A program made the position numbers and the translations under genes. Shown in pieces: positions 12,015 to 24,154 of a stretch of 64,000 bases of DNA (positions within the stretch are counted from its first letter, which is position 1; every line of letters starts with the position of its first letter). Origin of the DNA: Catajapyx aquilonaris (lineage: Eukaryota); contig JYFJ02000044.1 in NCBI GenBank assembly GCA_000934665.2, positions 62,001 through 126,000 of the forward strand, in the 5' to 3' direction. The notes beneath the pieces were generated by a model. That model ran no database searches. It saw only the letters and a list, made by a program, of their open reading frames with translations, and was not told the origin of the DNA.

Positions 12015-13955
12015 ATGGAGGGCCATCTGTACATATTAGTGGTTCTGGTGGTCCACATGTGCCACGGTCGTCCCAAAATCAGGCAGTGGGACCAGGGCCA
12101 GCAGAAGGAGGTGCTTGTGTCCCAGTTTATGATGGACGCTCTGGAGTATCAATACCGTAATTGCAGCGTGGTGTTTGCTCACGATTATGGTCACGGACTT
12201 CCAGCTTCATTTGGGAAGTCGGTTAGGATTTTGAACGATGGTTATCGCGATGTGATGCCTGTCCGGATTGGAGGGGAAGACGGACACTCTGGACCGAGGC
12301 AGGGTGCGGGACGATGCTTTTTGGGTGTGCTGGTTGTGAACGGGACGGGGCATCAGGACCAATTGGTGACTGGTGTGGACAAGTTGGTTGCGTGGGGTCG
12401 AAAGTGCGAGGTCGGTGAGATGCTGCTTGACCTGGGTGGGGTCAAGCAGAAACTTGCGGTGGTGCCGGTCAGCAATGATGTGCTGGACATTTACGTGGCA
12501 AGTGTCAGTGGTCAGCCGCAACTGGTTGGACGGTACAGACCGCAGTTCGCGGAGGAGTTGAATCGAACTGACCTGTTCCCTGAGATGCATCAAGACTTGT
12601 ACGGAGAAGTATTGGTGGTGCCACAAAATTCTCGGGTCAGTACCGAAGGCGAACTGTTTTGGGACGTGCGCGACCCAGTGGTGACCAAGTTGCTAGAGTC
12701 GTTGGGTCAGGTCATGAACTTCACCTGGAATGCAACTGACCTCGATTCTCCGGAAGATTATGACCTAGCTTTGGTCACTACTTTCGGCCCGATACCTCCT
12801 GGATCCAGGCCAGCACCGGGGTTAAAAGATGGACTTGCCTTTGCCACTGCCAGGTCCAGGTCACTAGTGACCTGGCGCATATTCTTCACCCCCTTCACTC
12901 CGTTGCTGTGGACCATGCTCGGCGTCACCCTCTTCATCTCAGGCTGCCTCCTGCACAATCTCCTCCGTTGGGAGGACCACTCTTTGGGCGAAGACTTCGA
13001 GGGCATGACCGATCCGGAGATATTTATCTACTCGTTTGACTACCTGTTCCGCACTCTGATATCTCAAACCTGGATATTCCCTCCGGTTCGTCTCGGTCGC
13101 GTCTTCATGGCCTTCTGGTGGATCTTTGTCGTGATGATGCTGTACAACTACAATGCCAGACTGGTGGCCTTGCTGGCTGTCCCGCCCAAAGAGAGACACC
13201 CGGAGACATACCAGCAACTCCTGGAGTCGTCGATGAAATGGGGGGCATCTAATGGCTCCAGAGGTGCGTACCAAGCCGTGCTCAACTCCAGCACTGTCCT
13301 GGACACTCTGCTTGTCCAGGATGAGAGTCATCAGATGGCATCCTGTTTGGTCCAAACCCTCGGAGGTCAATTTGCCTGCTTGTCCACCTACCGGGCTCTG
13401 AAGTGGGACACCTGCAGCCTGGTGGACACGGCCGGTAAGGACATGCACCAAGTACGGTTCGGTACAGCCCGGTACACCACAATGCAGTCCAGACGCGTGT
13501 TCAGAGACGCCCTAAGGGACAAGTACACGTCCATGTCCGAAGCTGGACTCGTCTCATTCTGGGAGCAACAAGAATCGTTCACTCTATTCCTACTGGGACT
13601 AAGCCAGGCCCGAAACGGGACAGCCAACAGGTCGTTTCCTGCAGGAGGCGAAGAGGGCTGGGCGCCTTTGTCTATTGAGCGTCTCTTCTTCCCGTTCTTT
13701 GTCCTGGTGGCTGGGGCTGTCGGGGGTTTCCTGTGCGTGGCCGTGGAAAGGGACATCGGACAGAAGAGGAAGAAGAAGTGGCAGCAGTATCAGATGAGGA
13801 CTCCGCAGTCGGAAATGTTTGCAGCAAAGAAGGAGGTCAAGAACCACCATTCGCATGCTGGGAAGTCATCCAACTCCTTCTTACCCAAGAAGAAGGATCG
13901 AAAAATACGTGTTGCTATCAATATGATGGGAGCCAAGGATATTAAAACCATATGA
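12015..13955 (+). CDS. Divergent ionotropic receptor (IR; variant ionotropic glutamate receptor family, probable chemoreceptor tuning subunit), single coding exon, 646 aa
   Basis: Uninterrupted GC-richer ORF with a hydrophobic N-terminal signal peptide (MEGHLYILVVLVVHMCHG). IR landmarks occur in the right order: S1 LLESLGQVMNFTW; pre-M1/M1 FFTPFTPLLWTMLGVTL; pore-loop-like FDYLFRTLISQ; M3 RVFMAFWWIFVVMMLYNYNARLVALLAVP; S2 start ETYQQL and end EAGLVSFW; M4 PLSIERLFFPFFVLVAGAVGGFLCVAVE. It has a basic cytoplasmic tail and several N-glycosylation sequons. No specific orthologue recognised. Confidence 0.9.
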   Translation: MEGHLYILVVLVVHMCHGRPKIRQWDQGQQKEVLVSQFMMDALEYQYRNCSVVFAHDYGHGLPASFGKSVRILNDGYRDVMPVRIGGEDGHSGPRQGAGRCFLGVLVVNGTGHQDQLVTGVDKLVAWGRKCEVGEMLLDLGGVKQKLAVVPVSNDVLDIYVASVSGQPQLVGRYRPQFAEELNRTDLFPEMHQDLYGEVLVVPQNSRVSTEGELFWDVRDPVVTKLLESLGQVMNFTWNATDLDSPEDYDLALVTTFGPIPPGSRPAPGLKDGLAFATARSRSLVTWRIFFTPFTPLLWTMLGVTLFISGCLLHNLLRWEDHSLGEDFEGMTDPEIFIYSFDYLFRTLISQTWIFPPVRLGRVFMAFWWIFVVMMLYNYNARLVALLAVPPKERHPETYQQLLESSMKWGASNGSRGAYQAVLNSSTVLDTLLVQDESHQMASCLVQTLGGQFACLSTYRALKWDTCSLVDTAGKDMHQVRFGTARYTTMQSRRVFRDALRDKYTSMSEAGLVSFWEQQESFTLFLLGLSQARNGTANRSFPAGGEEGWAPLSIERLFFPFFVLVAGAVGGFLCVAVERDIGQKRKKKWQQYQMRTPQSEMFAAKKEVKNHHSHAGKSSNSFLPKKKDRKIRVAINMMGAKDIKTI

Positions 13956-14859
13956 AATTACTCGCTGAAAGTGGTTGCTTATGCAAAAATGTGACAGATG
14001 CCGTGTGATTTATTTTGGGTGATGTTTTGGAAGAAAAGAGCTCTCAGTTTGAGTATATAGGATCCTGAGTGAAAAATTAATCAAATTTAGCCGATTGTTA
14101 CCCTAAATATCAGCTTAAAGACGTACTGTAATTTCAGAACTTGATGTGTGCTGAGCTCAAATTACCACTAATAACAGGTCGTTGAAATCCCTGAAATATT
14201 CCTCCTCAATATACGGTGTTTTAAATCAATTTTGAAGTTAATCAGATTAAGAGCACATTTTTTAGTCGGGAAACATCTTCACCGAGAAATATTCTGTCAC
14301 AGGGAATGAATATTTTTTAAAGCTATTCTGACATTTTATCGATGATTACAACCTGTTGCAATCCATGCATTATTTCTAAGTTATTGACTGATGGCCTGAG
14401 AAAAAAAAGGCGGGACCAACTTATAAACACGATATGGATTTGGTTTCTCTTACATGTCCTGACATCATAAAGGTGCTAACATCTATGGCATGCAATCAGT
14501 ACACGCAGAAGAATGCTACTCAGTTGGTCAGTTGAGCGTATCCACCTTTAATAGCCATATGCAATTTTAGAATTTTCAACTCTGCAGTTAGGTAATCTCA
14601 CCACTGAACCACGTTGCCTTGAAATATGGCCAATTCTATCTGGCCCCGACACCCTTTTCCGCAACAAAGATCCTTCTGATAACTGTCTAATTACACGTCG
14701 GAGTACCTGATAATCACCTCATGTATCATTGATCACGCTGCGAATTATTTATGGCGACCGAGTGTCGTTTATTTCCGGATTTTGATTAAATATTCAGAAC
14801 TGGCTGTGACGTCAAGGTTTGAACTACTAGACTTATAAACGGTTTTCGAAATAGAGCAC

Positions 14860-15430
14860 CCACACAAATTGAGGGTACTTTTGGATACCAATTGTGCCTG
14901 TCAGTGCCCACTCTTGACTGAGGAGGCGATGTTAAAGGTCAAGAGTATTAGGAGCTTCAAATGGTGCATCCCAGAGCATGTCACCTGGAGTGATCAAGAG
15001 TGACTTTAGTGCTATTAGTAGTAACATATTTGGATTTTTGTGCGGTGTATTCAGATTCAGCAATATGTGTCCAATTAATCCACTAACATTATCGTTAATA
15101 GTTTCGTTTTATTTATATCAGATATTTCTTAACCTGCAGCTAATGCACTTTATACGGGTAAAGTTTTGGGTTTCTTAATCCGTTTGAATAAGTTACTGTA
15201 ACTCTGTAGCCATCTCCCCTGGAGATCGGGGTTGTCCGATTCAAGTCGTCTAGCCTTCAGACGCGTGAATAATTTACATTCAAGTCTTGTACCACGCGTC
15301 AAGTGTATATACATAGTACGGGCTGCCTGTAAGTGCGACAAACAGGAGAAGAGCGATAAGGAACACTTTAGACATATTACACTGCACGTAGGGACTTGCA
15401 AGGGTAAGAAGAAGACAAGACTGAAATAGG
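14860..15430 (+). mobile_element. Decayed RTE-like LINE fragment downstream of the IR gene
   Basis: Remnants GYQLCLSVPTL (GVRQGCxLSPTL-like), EEAM, KVLGFLI (KYLGxxI), RLAFRR, HFRHI and GTCKGKKKTR (GxxxGKRxRG) occur in order. Individually these are weak matches. Confidence 0.35.
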
Positions 15431-15811
15431 GTTGGGGACTTTTCGTATAGTGTCTAGATAAAAGCACCATCAACTCTTAGACTTAAAACTTTTATATCCG
15501 AACTACTTCCCTTGCTTTTGGTACGCCCACTAATGGGAATTTAACTAAATGCGTCCATATGTAATGTGACGGAAGTGAAAATTTAATCCGAATGATTGTG
15601 TAATGTAACAATTTATCCCATTGTTAATCAGTTTTGCGCATTAGTATGAGGACCCTATGAATTATTATACTCATCCTGCTAATAAACTAGTTAAACATTA
15701 CATTGTAATACACGGGAATAGTTAATTGAACTGCACAATGAACCAATTGTCAAATTCCAAGGCAAATATTTTTTATGCACGTGTAACATTTTTCTGCCTT
15801 TTCTGTTGCGC

Positions 15812-15812
<1 letters not shown>

Positions 15813-15895
<83 letters not shown>
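15813..15895. repeat. (TTA)n microsatellite, about 27-28 units
   Basis: Perfect trinucleotide run read directly from the sequence. Confidence 0.97.
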
Positions 15896-17519
15896 GGAGT
15901 GAAGGACAACCTGCTGGTTTATTATGAATGAAGACCACAAAGTGCGAGATTCAGACCGACAAGAAGACATGAAGTTTGTGAATAAAATGAACGCACTTCC
16001 TGTCCTTGATTTTCGGAATTGTATAGTATTAGAGATTAATACCTTTAAATCCACAAACCGCCATCCATTTATTATTTGAAGTGCATGACATGTGATATTA
16101 ATGTCGCGGTCATTGCACCATATCGACCAAATAATGTTTCGTTATTTACTTTCCCATATTGGAATAACAGCAGGCCGCCATAGCCACATAGAGAGAGAAA
16201 ACGAATCTGATTCTAATAATTTTATGTGGCAATGTAACTATATGTAAACAAATTAATAAAAATGAATATATTGATATTAAATAAATACTGCGGTGTATAT
16301 AGAGTAGTTATATTCTGGTATCATGAATCTGAGCCAATACATCAGAGTCTTGTACCAAAGTCCAGTCCTCTGCATGCAAGCCCATGCGATTTGGGATATT
16401 GAAGGTATCGACCCCTTTCGGATGTTTAGATATTATTTAACAGTCCTGAGAATGCAATCACATGTGATTATATTTTTAGACGCACAATGTGGATGTCCCA
16501 AGTACAGTGATATTTTCCGTGGAAACATTGCAGGTACACGCTTACATCGCCAATTATCACCTTACGTTTAAAATGTTATGAAAGCTCCGGTAGTACAGAA
16601 ATGATAATTTTCACTGTGATGAATAATGCCAATGACATCGATAGAGATGTGTAGGGAACAGTTTTACAGTGCAACAATTTTAATGCTGAACATTGGAAGT
16701 ACATAAGTGCAAAAGAGGTGCCGGTATTCTCGTTGCACCATGTCATGAGCAAAACGTATAGATTTATGTCTAAATCCGACTTGAAGTTTACGGATATGCC
16801 TGAGGATATATACTTTTGCAGCGCATGAAATCGAATGCTTTAGTACAGCATGATGTAATTGTTGAAGGGTATATTGATTCTTTCCACGGGGCTCTGTATA
16901 CTTCAGAAGTTGAGATACTCCATATCACAAGGACATCTCTCACACAGTACCTTTGCCTGGAAAAGGGCGTTTCATAATTCAGGAACGTGGGATACCCATG
17001 CCTTTAGTCCTAAAATTACTATCCAAGCACTTACATGTACGGGCACCATGCCATTTGCTAAATACTGGCTTCGGGAACTCAAATTGTAGACTGTGACGGA
17101 AAAGCGTTGGTGTAATGTGCGTCACTCTGAGTGTGACCTTGCTTTTAAAATTTTAAAACAGTTTCTAATGCTACTTTGGAAATTTAATTTGGTGTAAACC
17201 GATAACTCAATTGCGACCTATATATAGAACCTGGTGACAAATATGTGTACTTCATTTAGGAGATATGGGTTTGTTGCAGATTTCTAAGATGAAATTACCC
17301 TAATTGATTTTTGCTATTTCGGCTTCATTTTGGAGATAAAAGAAAGATTAACAAAATGATGACAGGGCTCATCCTCACTCCCCAAACATCCCTATACTGT
17401 AAGGGTCGCCTGGCCTGCAAGATGATTCCTATCCTGCTCTTTGAGTAAAATAGTCATTTTCTGCAGATTACAGTACACACTATACACGAAGCATTTTTTT
17501 GTGTCGTAGACATAGCCAT

Positions 17520-17790
17520 GACAAATCCAGTGCAATGAAGGCCTTACGTCCAGTTCTATCGCCAAGGGGCCCATAATAATTCCGTCCCGCTTGCAAACTG
17601 ACATTTTGTATCCTACAAACTTTTCTCATTAAAATGACACTGGAGTATTGGGCCAACTGGGGAGAACCGGTCCTGTGTTTCGGTTCCAAAGTATTATTCC
17701 CCTGTACTCCATAGGCTTCTGTGTGCGTTGCGGAATTGGATCCAAAATGCATTTCGAGTGTAAATTATCGCCTCGTTAGTCTACATGCCC
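17520..17790 (+). mobile_element. Decayed LINE fragment (post-RT region)
   Basis: AMKAL, PVLCFGSKV (PVLxYGSEVW-like) and MHFECKL (HxxFCK-like) occur in order. Confidence 0.35.
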
Positions 17791-20700
17791 CCTAGGCATC
17801 TATGCAGGCAGCAGCCTTGTTTGACCACTTGTTCATAATTTCTATTCAAAACAGTGGGGGAGGTTGCTTTACATGCATGGATTTTTATGTATACCCTGGA
17901 CGCATTGATAGGTGACTGATTAACTAGGCCGGATGCAGTGATCTGTCATTATGCGCCGCTGTGCCTTTGTTGGCTGGTGTAATCCCAAACCTAATCATTA
18001 TAGCCTATTGCCAAGATCACTGTGTACCTAGAGACATGTTATTAAAATTGCCATTCTAGTATGATCCGTAACAATAATTACATTGTTGTATAATTTTACC
18101 TGGATAGGTTCGACCTTACTTGATGGCAAATTCATGTATTTTCATGACAGTCATCAGCTAATTTTTGACAACTGATTAATGAGCTACTTAGGACATTTCA
18201 AATTGCACAGATTTTGTCAAAAATACGACCAAAAGATTCAGTCATTTTGGACAAACGTGACCTTTGAAGATCTAACGGATTCCCACCCTCTACTAGCCAA
18301 TAAATGTTGCAATAACCAAAATTGACCCTGAAAGGTCCCACGAACCGTTCCCAAAATTGCGGGTGGGACCCCGAGCAGTTAATTGCGCCCAAATGTTAAC
18401 GTGTGCTCGAGTGAGTCGAGCTGGGGAATATGTACGCAATTAAAATGCAGATGTATAGATGAGCATTAGCCCTCTGCATGCTCACTCTGATAAAGTGTCA
18501 GCCAACTCGACAGATTCATGTCAAACCTCGATCTGGATCGACAGCCTTGGGAATCCGGACACGAAATTCCTCTCAGGTGTCAAGATCCGGTAAAAATGTC
18601 TTAATCCCGGATAGGACGGAATCGCCTTTCCAGGTTGTCTCCATTGTATTGATGCAACCTCGTTACCTGGATGACGTCAAACGATATTTTTGAGGAAATG
18701 GCCCCGCTATTACTGGGTTTCATCCCTGAAACCATGTTTACAGTCCCGCAGGACAGTATTGCAAGGGTTTGAATTGGGGAAAAATTTTAAGACTTTTTTT
18801 CTTGACCTGTTGGCCTAATTGGGACGCGGCCTTAAGTTTGTTACCTATAAGGTGTGGAAAAGCTGCGTCTATGTATCCAAAGGGCTGTGATTCAATTCTG
18901 AAGGAGCATTTTCGCAAAAGGGACGAGCCTTTTTGTAGTCTAGGGAAGACTTGTTACCTGCAAAGTGGAAAGACGCGGGAAATTTGATTTCCCAAGCCCC
19001 CAAGAGCAGAGACGAAGGATTGTGTGGGTATAAAATAGCAGTCGCGAATTTTCGCACAAAAGCATGGAACGCTCGATATTTTCGCAAAAAAGGAAATTGT
19101 GGACACTTTCATGTAACTACAATTTAGATATTTCGCAACATTGTCACATTGAAAGCCGTTAAGTTGAAGTTAGGCGTCTTTTTAATGGGGTTAACGAAGG
19201 ATGGCCTGATTTCATGTTAGCCCATCTCTTGTCATGATTGCGAAGCGTGTATTGAAATTCCGCACGCAGAATCCAGATTAGGTTGGGACAAGACAGATGG
19301 ATTTTCCGCGTCTTGGCCCAGGAAGGAAATGGAAGATTAAGCTAATCTGTGCTATTCAGCGGGACGCGAGGGTTTCAGTTAATTTTGTGTCAGGACCGGA
19401 GGATGCGACACTTGGAGTAATGGCATTAAGATTCTCATCTTTGATTCTGGAATGAAGCAGATAATGTTTTTGCAAGCTAGGCATGGGGGGGATCCAACTC
19501 GCAATTTTCCTTTTCTCTGTTGTCGTTTATCATGTTAGAAACCCGGTCTTGTGTTGTAAAGGGAATTGTTATATGGAACCGGATATACGTCTGGGAGACA
19601 GAGCAATAACCTGGGCATATTGTCCTGAAAGCGTGTGTGGGAGTAAAACATTTTCATGTGTCTGCCAGTGTCGTTTTTATGAAGTCTTGTTCAGGAATGA
19701 AAATAATATTGACTCCCATTTTTTGGCTACCAGGCTCGAGTTCTAGGAAAATGTAAAAATATGCAAAAAAATATATATAAAACCTCTAACCGGATTAGGA
19801 TATATCCTAGGGTTTGGCCTTATGACTACATCAGAGTCAATATTTCCGCACAATAAGAAAAATACGAGCACAGGCACTTCCTCTGAAAGCTTTCCAAGCA
19901 CACAGTTTTATGGGCCAGGGTTGGGCGTGGGTAATGAGAAAATATGGGGCTTCAACTGAGGAAACTGAAAAAAGGAGTTCTAAGGAAACGGGCCACAGAA
20001 AAAGGGGGAAAAAAGAATATATACTTCTGGTGGCAGTGCAGCTGTAAAGGTAATGAAACTCCGTCGCCCTTGAAACAAGTTGTCGGCGATATTGCCGCCA
20101 TTATCCGGGTGTTCCTCTGTCCCACAGCAATACGAGGCGGGGAAACCAATTTGAAGGAACTTTATTCTTTCTCATTTGAAACACGTCTGGCATATACAAG
20201 GTGTGAGCAGCCGTGCAGGGGCTAGTACCGACTCATTTTTGCATTTTTTTAAAACCCCGTTTTTGTATGGCTGGAAATATGAAAAGGGCTTGGTTGGTTG
20301 CAGAAATATGTAGGTTGTGCGATTATTAATTTTTGAAAAAAGTGCAGCGAGCAGCAGTTTTACACTATGTGAGTTTTACATGGATCGCAAAATTTTCAAC
20401 CCATCACATTTTATAACAACAACTTGCTGGTTTTAATTATAATAGAGTAAAGCTACGATGCATCATTTTAGCATATGCGTTCAGCCCAAGCGGAACTTTG
20501 CAACTTCAGTTATTTGTTATCCAGTGAAATAATATTTTCTCAAAGATATGTACAACTAATTATTGTACCAAATAAGACAACTAGATGTATTTTTCACATT
20601 TAAAAAAATGACGATTTGATCAACATTTTGATTTCATCATACCACACAGAACAATCAGATTTTTGACTAACAAAAACCAATTTTGCTCCTTACGAGCATG

Positions 20701-22807
20701 TTGCTTATTTTTGCAGATTAGCATTTGACGCGGTGTATATTACAGGCAGTAATTGTGATGGACGGAACGGCGAATCCTGCAGGGAGTCATAACATCCCCA
20801 GATGATCACCGCTTAGCACGTTTGAATTATGTATCACTACCTCGCTCCGGGAATGTTTGTAATCAACACTTTGGGATAGAAGTAAACTGTGTGAATCCGG
20901 AGGGATCAGCTCAAGCCAGCCATTCGCTCTGAAGGAGTGGTTTTACTCCGGTAAGTTATACGGCTCTTTCCTGTTGAGAAGACCTCGCCTGTTTACTTAC
21001 TAAAACTGGGGGGCTAAAGGCCTGTAAAATATTGTTGCGCCCTGACCCATTTCTGCACTTTAAAAAAACTCTGGAAGTTATAAGAATGCAAACGTGATTA
21101 AACCTGTTCCAGTAATGAAAAATTCTGATCAATTAAGGCGAAAGGGATGGCCTGGAAGCATGTAAGTGACGAAGACGTTATGCTGACAGTGACAAATTAA
21201 TATCGGATTTGATTTGCTTTCTGCGCCAATTCTCTCTCTCCTTCCATCGCCAGAGAGAAACTTACCTACTTATCCTGGAACCGAGGAGAAGTCTGGCGTG
21301 ACAAAGGATGTCATCAGGAAATTTTCCTGGAATCGACAGCACTTTGACTAGTACGCCAGGGGGTGAGGTGGGGGGAAAAGTTACTTCCTTTCTCTCTATT
21401 TCGCAGGAAATTGCTTTCTAATGAAAAAGTTGCGGTTGTGATCGACCCTTGATTGTTGGAGTTGGATTAACCCGGAATTGGACACCATTTTCAATGAAAG
21501 AAAAGTCCAAATTCGGTTTGATCGTTGAAATTAATTGACCAATTTTGAGTGCTGCTAAAGTTTACAAAATATTTGCGAAAAATAATATGCGCAATAATGT
21601 ACAGCTGTCGTGAGACTTTCCATATTTCACCAAGCATGTGTCCGGGAGGTGTCGTGACCCTAATAAAGATAATGACTGTTGTAGCACCGCCATTTGCCTG
21701 TTTCAGTTTTGCTAGTTGCGTTTTTATAAGCCTTTATTACCTGTTCCTTGGGGCTATTGAAGCCAAAATAGGCCCAGCGGGGAGGCCACGTGCAAATTGA
21801 ACGCATACACACTCCCAGCCAACTATTATACTTTTAAGGCCATTGGCGGTCATTACTTTGTGTGAATTTGATGTGCCTTGCACGCCTGGAGAATTTCTGA
21901 GCCAATTGATTGTGGCAGTTGTTATGAGCCAGTCGTTTAGATTACATTCATGACTTTTTAGGCCCCGATTGGTTTGTATGGCGATGCATATTTGACGCTC
22001 CTGCTGCTTTTTTTAAAAGGAGTAAGTTGTTAGGATTATTACTTTCTTTATGCGCCTGAGAAGATTTCATTTAGCGCCGTCTTTTCTGGATGGATATTGT
22101 GATGGGCTGTTGGAAAAGTAGAGAGCCATTAATTACGCTTGCATTGCATTAAGGCTTCATTAACAAGGTGTGAGGATCATGCTTGTACTCACATTCATGG
22201 GGGTGTAAAAGGGCACTGTACAGTGCTCTGATTATAAAACTGTGGTTATCATTTGCAAATTTCAGGCTGAATAATGTTATGAGAAGTCTATAATATTAAA
22301 ATCGCAGTGGGCATGTTTGTACAAGCCCTCTGATTGGCCCGCAGCATATTGTTGCCGCGACGCTTCCTATTGGTCCGCGTTCTACGCATACGCAGTGGGT
22401 GGAGGCAGCACCTCTGGTGGATGAGAGGAGAAACTGTCCAAAAAAAGCAAAGGTTTCTCTACTGTAGTATAATAAATATATTCTTAACAAGGGAAAGGTT
22501 CTAGCTTTTACAACTGACATGAGCTCTAATTTGCATATGCTATCGACATCATGCCAGCATATTTAACTGGCAGGATTAGCTGTTTACAGGCATATGTCCA
22601 TCATGATAAAACTTTACAAGGGAGAAAATCGAAAGCTCAAATTGTCGATGCTTGCTTTTGTACATGACATGACGCAGTACACAGCACTGCAGAGTATTCC
22701 ACTTCAGATTATGTTAAAAAATTGAGGTTCGTTTTAATCGTTAACAGATTTTTTTTGTATGGTAAAATGTTCCACCTCAGATTCAGGGTATAGTTCCGCC
22801 CCATGAA

Positions 22808-22842
22808 GGGTTTTTGGGGTTGGTGGGTGGGGGCAAAAGGGG
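22808..22842 (+). promoter_or_regulatory. G-quadruplex motif in a GC-rich candidate GPCR promoter region
   Basis: GGGTTTTTGGGGTTGGTGGGTGGGGGCAAAAGGGG, about 870 bp upstream of the GPCR ATG and followed by GC-rich, CT-rich sequence. Confidence 0.45.
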
Positions 22843-23305
22843 CCCCAGTACGCATGGCGGGCATTGGGAGGGTGCCCTGAGCCAGAAGGCGTTCCAAAGC
22901 AGGAGTCTGCCGTTGCCAGTCCGCGTCTCTCCTCTGCCTCTCATCCGGCTCTCTTTTTGGTTCCTCCGCAACAATCCTCTTCAATCAAAACAGTGGGTCA
23001 CATCCCCTTGTCAGACTGTGGAACTTTCCAAAGTGACTTTTTTCGCGGCACACTCCCGACTTGATGTGACGCCCAGTTGCGTCCATGGATTTTGTTTGAT
23101 TTTTTTTTCTGTTGTAAAGTTTGGGGAATCACCTCTAATATTGGATTCGTCCGGTGAAGTCATGAATGAGTACGTAGATGTAGCACGACAGTTCTTTTGA
23201 AAGCTACTGCTCGCATGCCCCTGAACTTGAACTCTAGTATAAACAACACGCACATGCTTGTTCGCCAGTGTATCATTGCAACTGTTTCGCTTTAGTAGAC
23301 TATAA

Positions 23306-23699
23306 GTAAGTAAAAATGGCCACGCTTGTGTGAAGATTGCTTATAAGATTTGCATGGACTGAATGACTAATTCATATAAAAAGTGCGCAATGTCCACAAA
23401 ATAAGGTGATAAGACCGAAGGAACATGTCGCAAGACGTGCCATTTATTGCGGTTGGCACTTGCATTTCTCTATATCTTGCACATCAGTATTGGATCGTCC
23501 TTCATTGCTCCGTACAGTACCTTTTGATGCGTGTAAATCATCTGAGGGGATGTTGCGTAGAGTGCAATAATTGATTGGCCTGTGGTCTTTCTGGAATTGT
23601 GCGCTGTACTGCATACACACACTCTCGATACTGTACTGGTGGCTTTGTACAAACCGAGTGCTTCAGAGTTTGACAACACTTTTGTCCTTTTGTGCACAG
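23306..23699 (+). other. Candidate 5'-UTR intron of the GPCR gene
   Basis: Consensus donor GTAAGT at 23306-23311 and a strong acceptor ending at 23699, 16 nt before the ATG. The pairing of this donor with that acceptor is inferred. Confidence 0.4.
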
Positions 23700-23715
23700 G
23701 CCAGTGAGTTAGAAG

Positions 23716-24154
23716 ATGAGGATACGCTACCCATCGGATGCTCTGGTGGTGGGTGGCGTCGCCCCGAGGCCGCCCCTGGGTCCAGACATGGCTCTAGTGT
23801 CCACCCTGCCCTTAATGTTTGCCTATCGGGAGCTGGGGATCCGCTTCAACGCCTCCTGGAACCTCCTGCCTCCGGAGGCCTCTTCGGCCGAGGCCTCCTC
23901 TTCCTCTGGTGCCGGCGCCACCTCTTCTTCCGCCGGGGATTCCTCCACTTCCGGCGGACACCACCACGTCTCGACCGCGTCTGCAACCGCGGCCACCACC
24001 TCCCAGTCCTTACTGGTGGCCAACGCTTCCTCCTCACTGGTCATCATCAGCCCCACGGCCGTCGGGAATGTGACCAAGGATGACGACGACGACATGCTGG
24101 TCATGACCTTCACAGCCTTGGTCCTGGGCATTGTCATCCTCACCACTGTCATAG
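23716..24154 (+). CDS. First coding exon of a class A biogenic-amine GPCR, most like an invertebrate 5-HT1-type serotonin receptor (N-terminus plus TM1; partial gene)
   Basis: GC-rich exon. Ser/Thr/Ala-rich N-terminus with N-glycosylation sequons (NAS x2, NVT), followed by TM1 MLVMTFTALVLGIVILTTVIG, which resembles arthropod 5-HT1 TM1 (xVLGLMILxTxIGN). It breaks at a splice donor ATAG|GTAGGA inside the Gly codon of the conserved GN motif (phase 1). An upstream polypyrimidine acceptor tttgtccttttgtgcacAG ends at 23699. An in-frame TAG lies just upstream of ATG 23716, and an alternative in-frame ATG sits at 23788 (gacATGg). Confidence 0.8.

Noticed and set aside
12207..13945. Antisense and alternate-frame ORFs over the IR gene (up to 170 aa)
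   Set aside because: Expected by-products of codon bias in a real CDS.
15691..16054. Poly-Ile and poly-Asn ORFs
   Set aside because: Translations of the (TTA)n microsatellite.
16320..16900. Minus-strand RT-like words (TKAFD, FAHD, LFCTYVLP, YLGH)
   Set aside because: Spacing and order do not fit a reverse transcriptase; they may be chance matches.
20725..20990. Possible further RTE-like relic (VY.QAVI, ILQG, TFELC, RRPR)
   Set aside because: Needs too many frameshifts to call by eye.
23571..24152. Overlapping ORFs 23571..24083, 23819..24073, 23823..24152 and 23846..24037
   Set aside because: Shadow frames of the GC-rich GPCR exon with no recognisable protein features.
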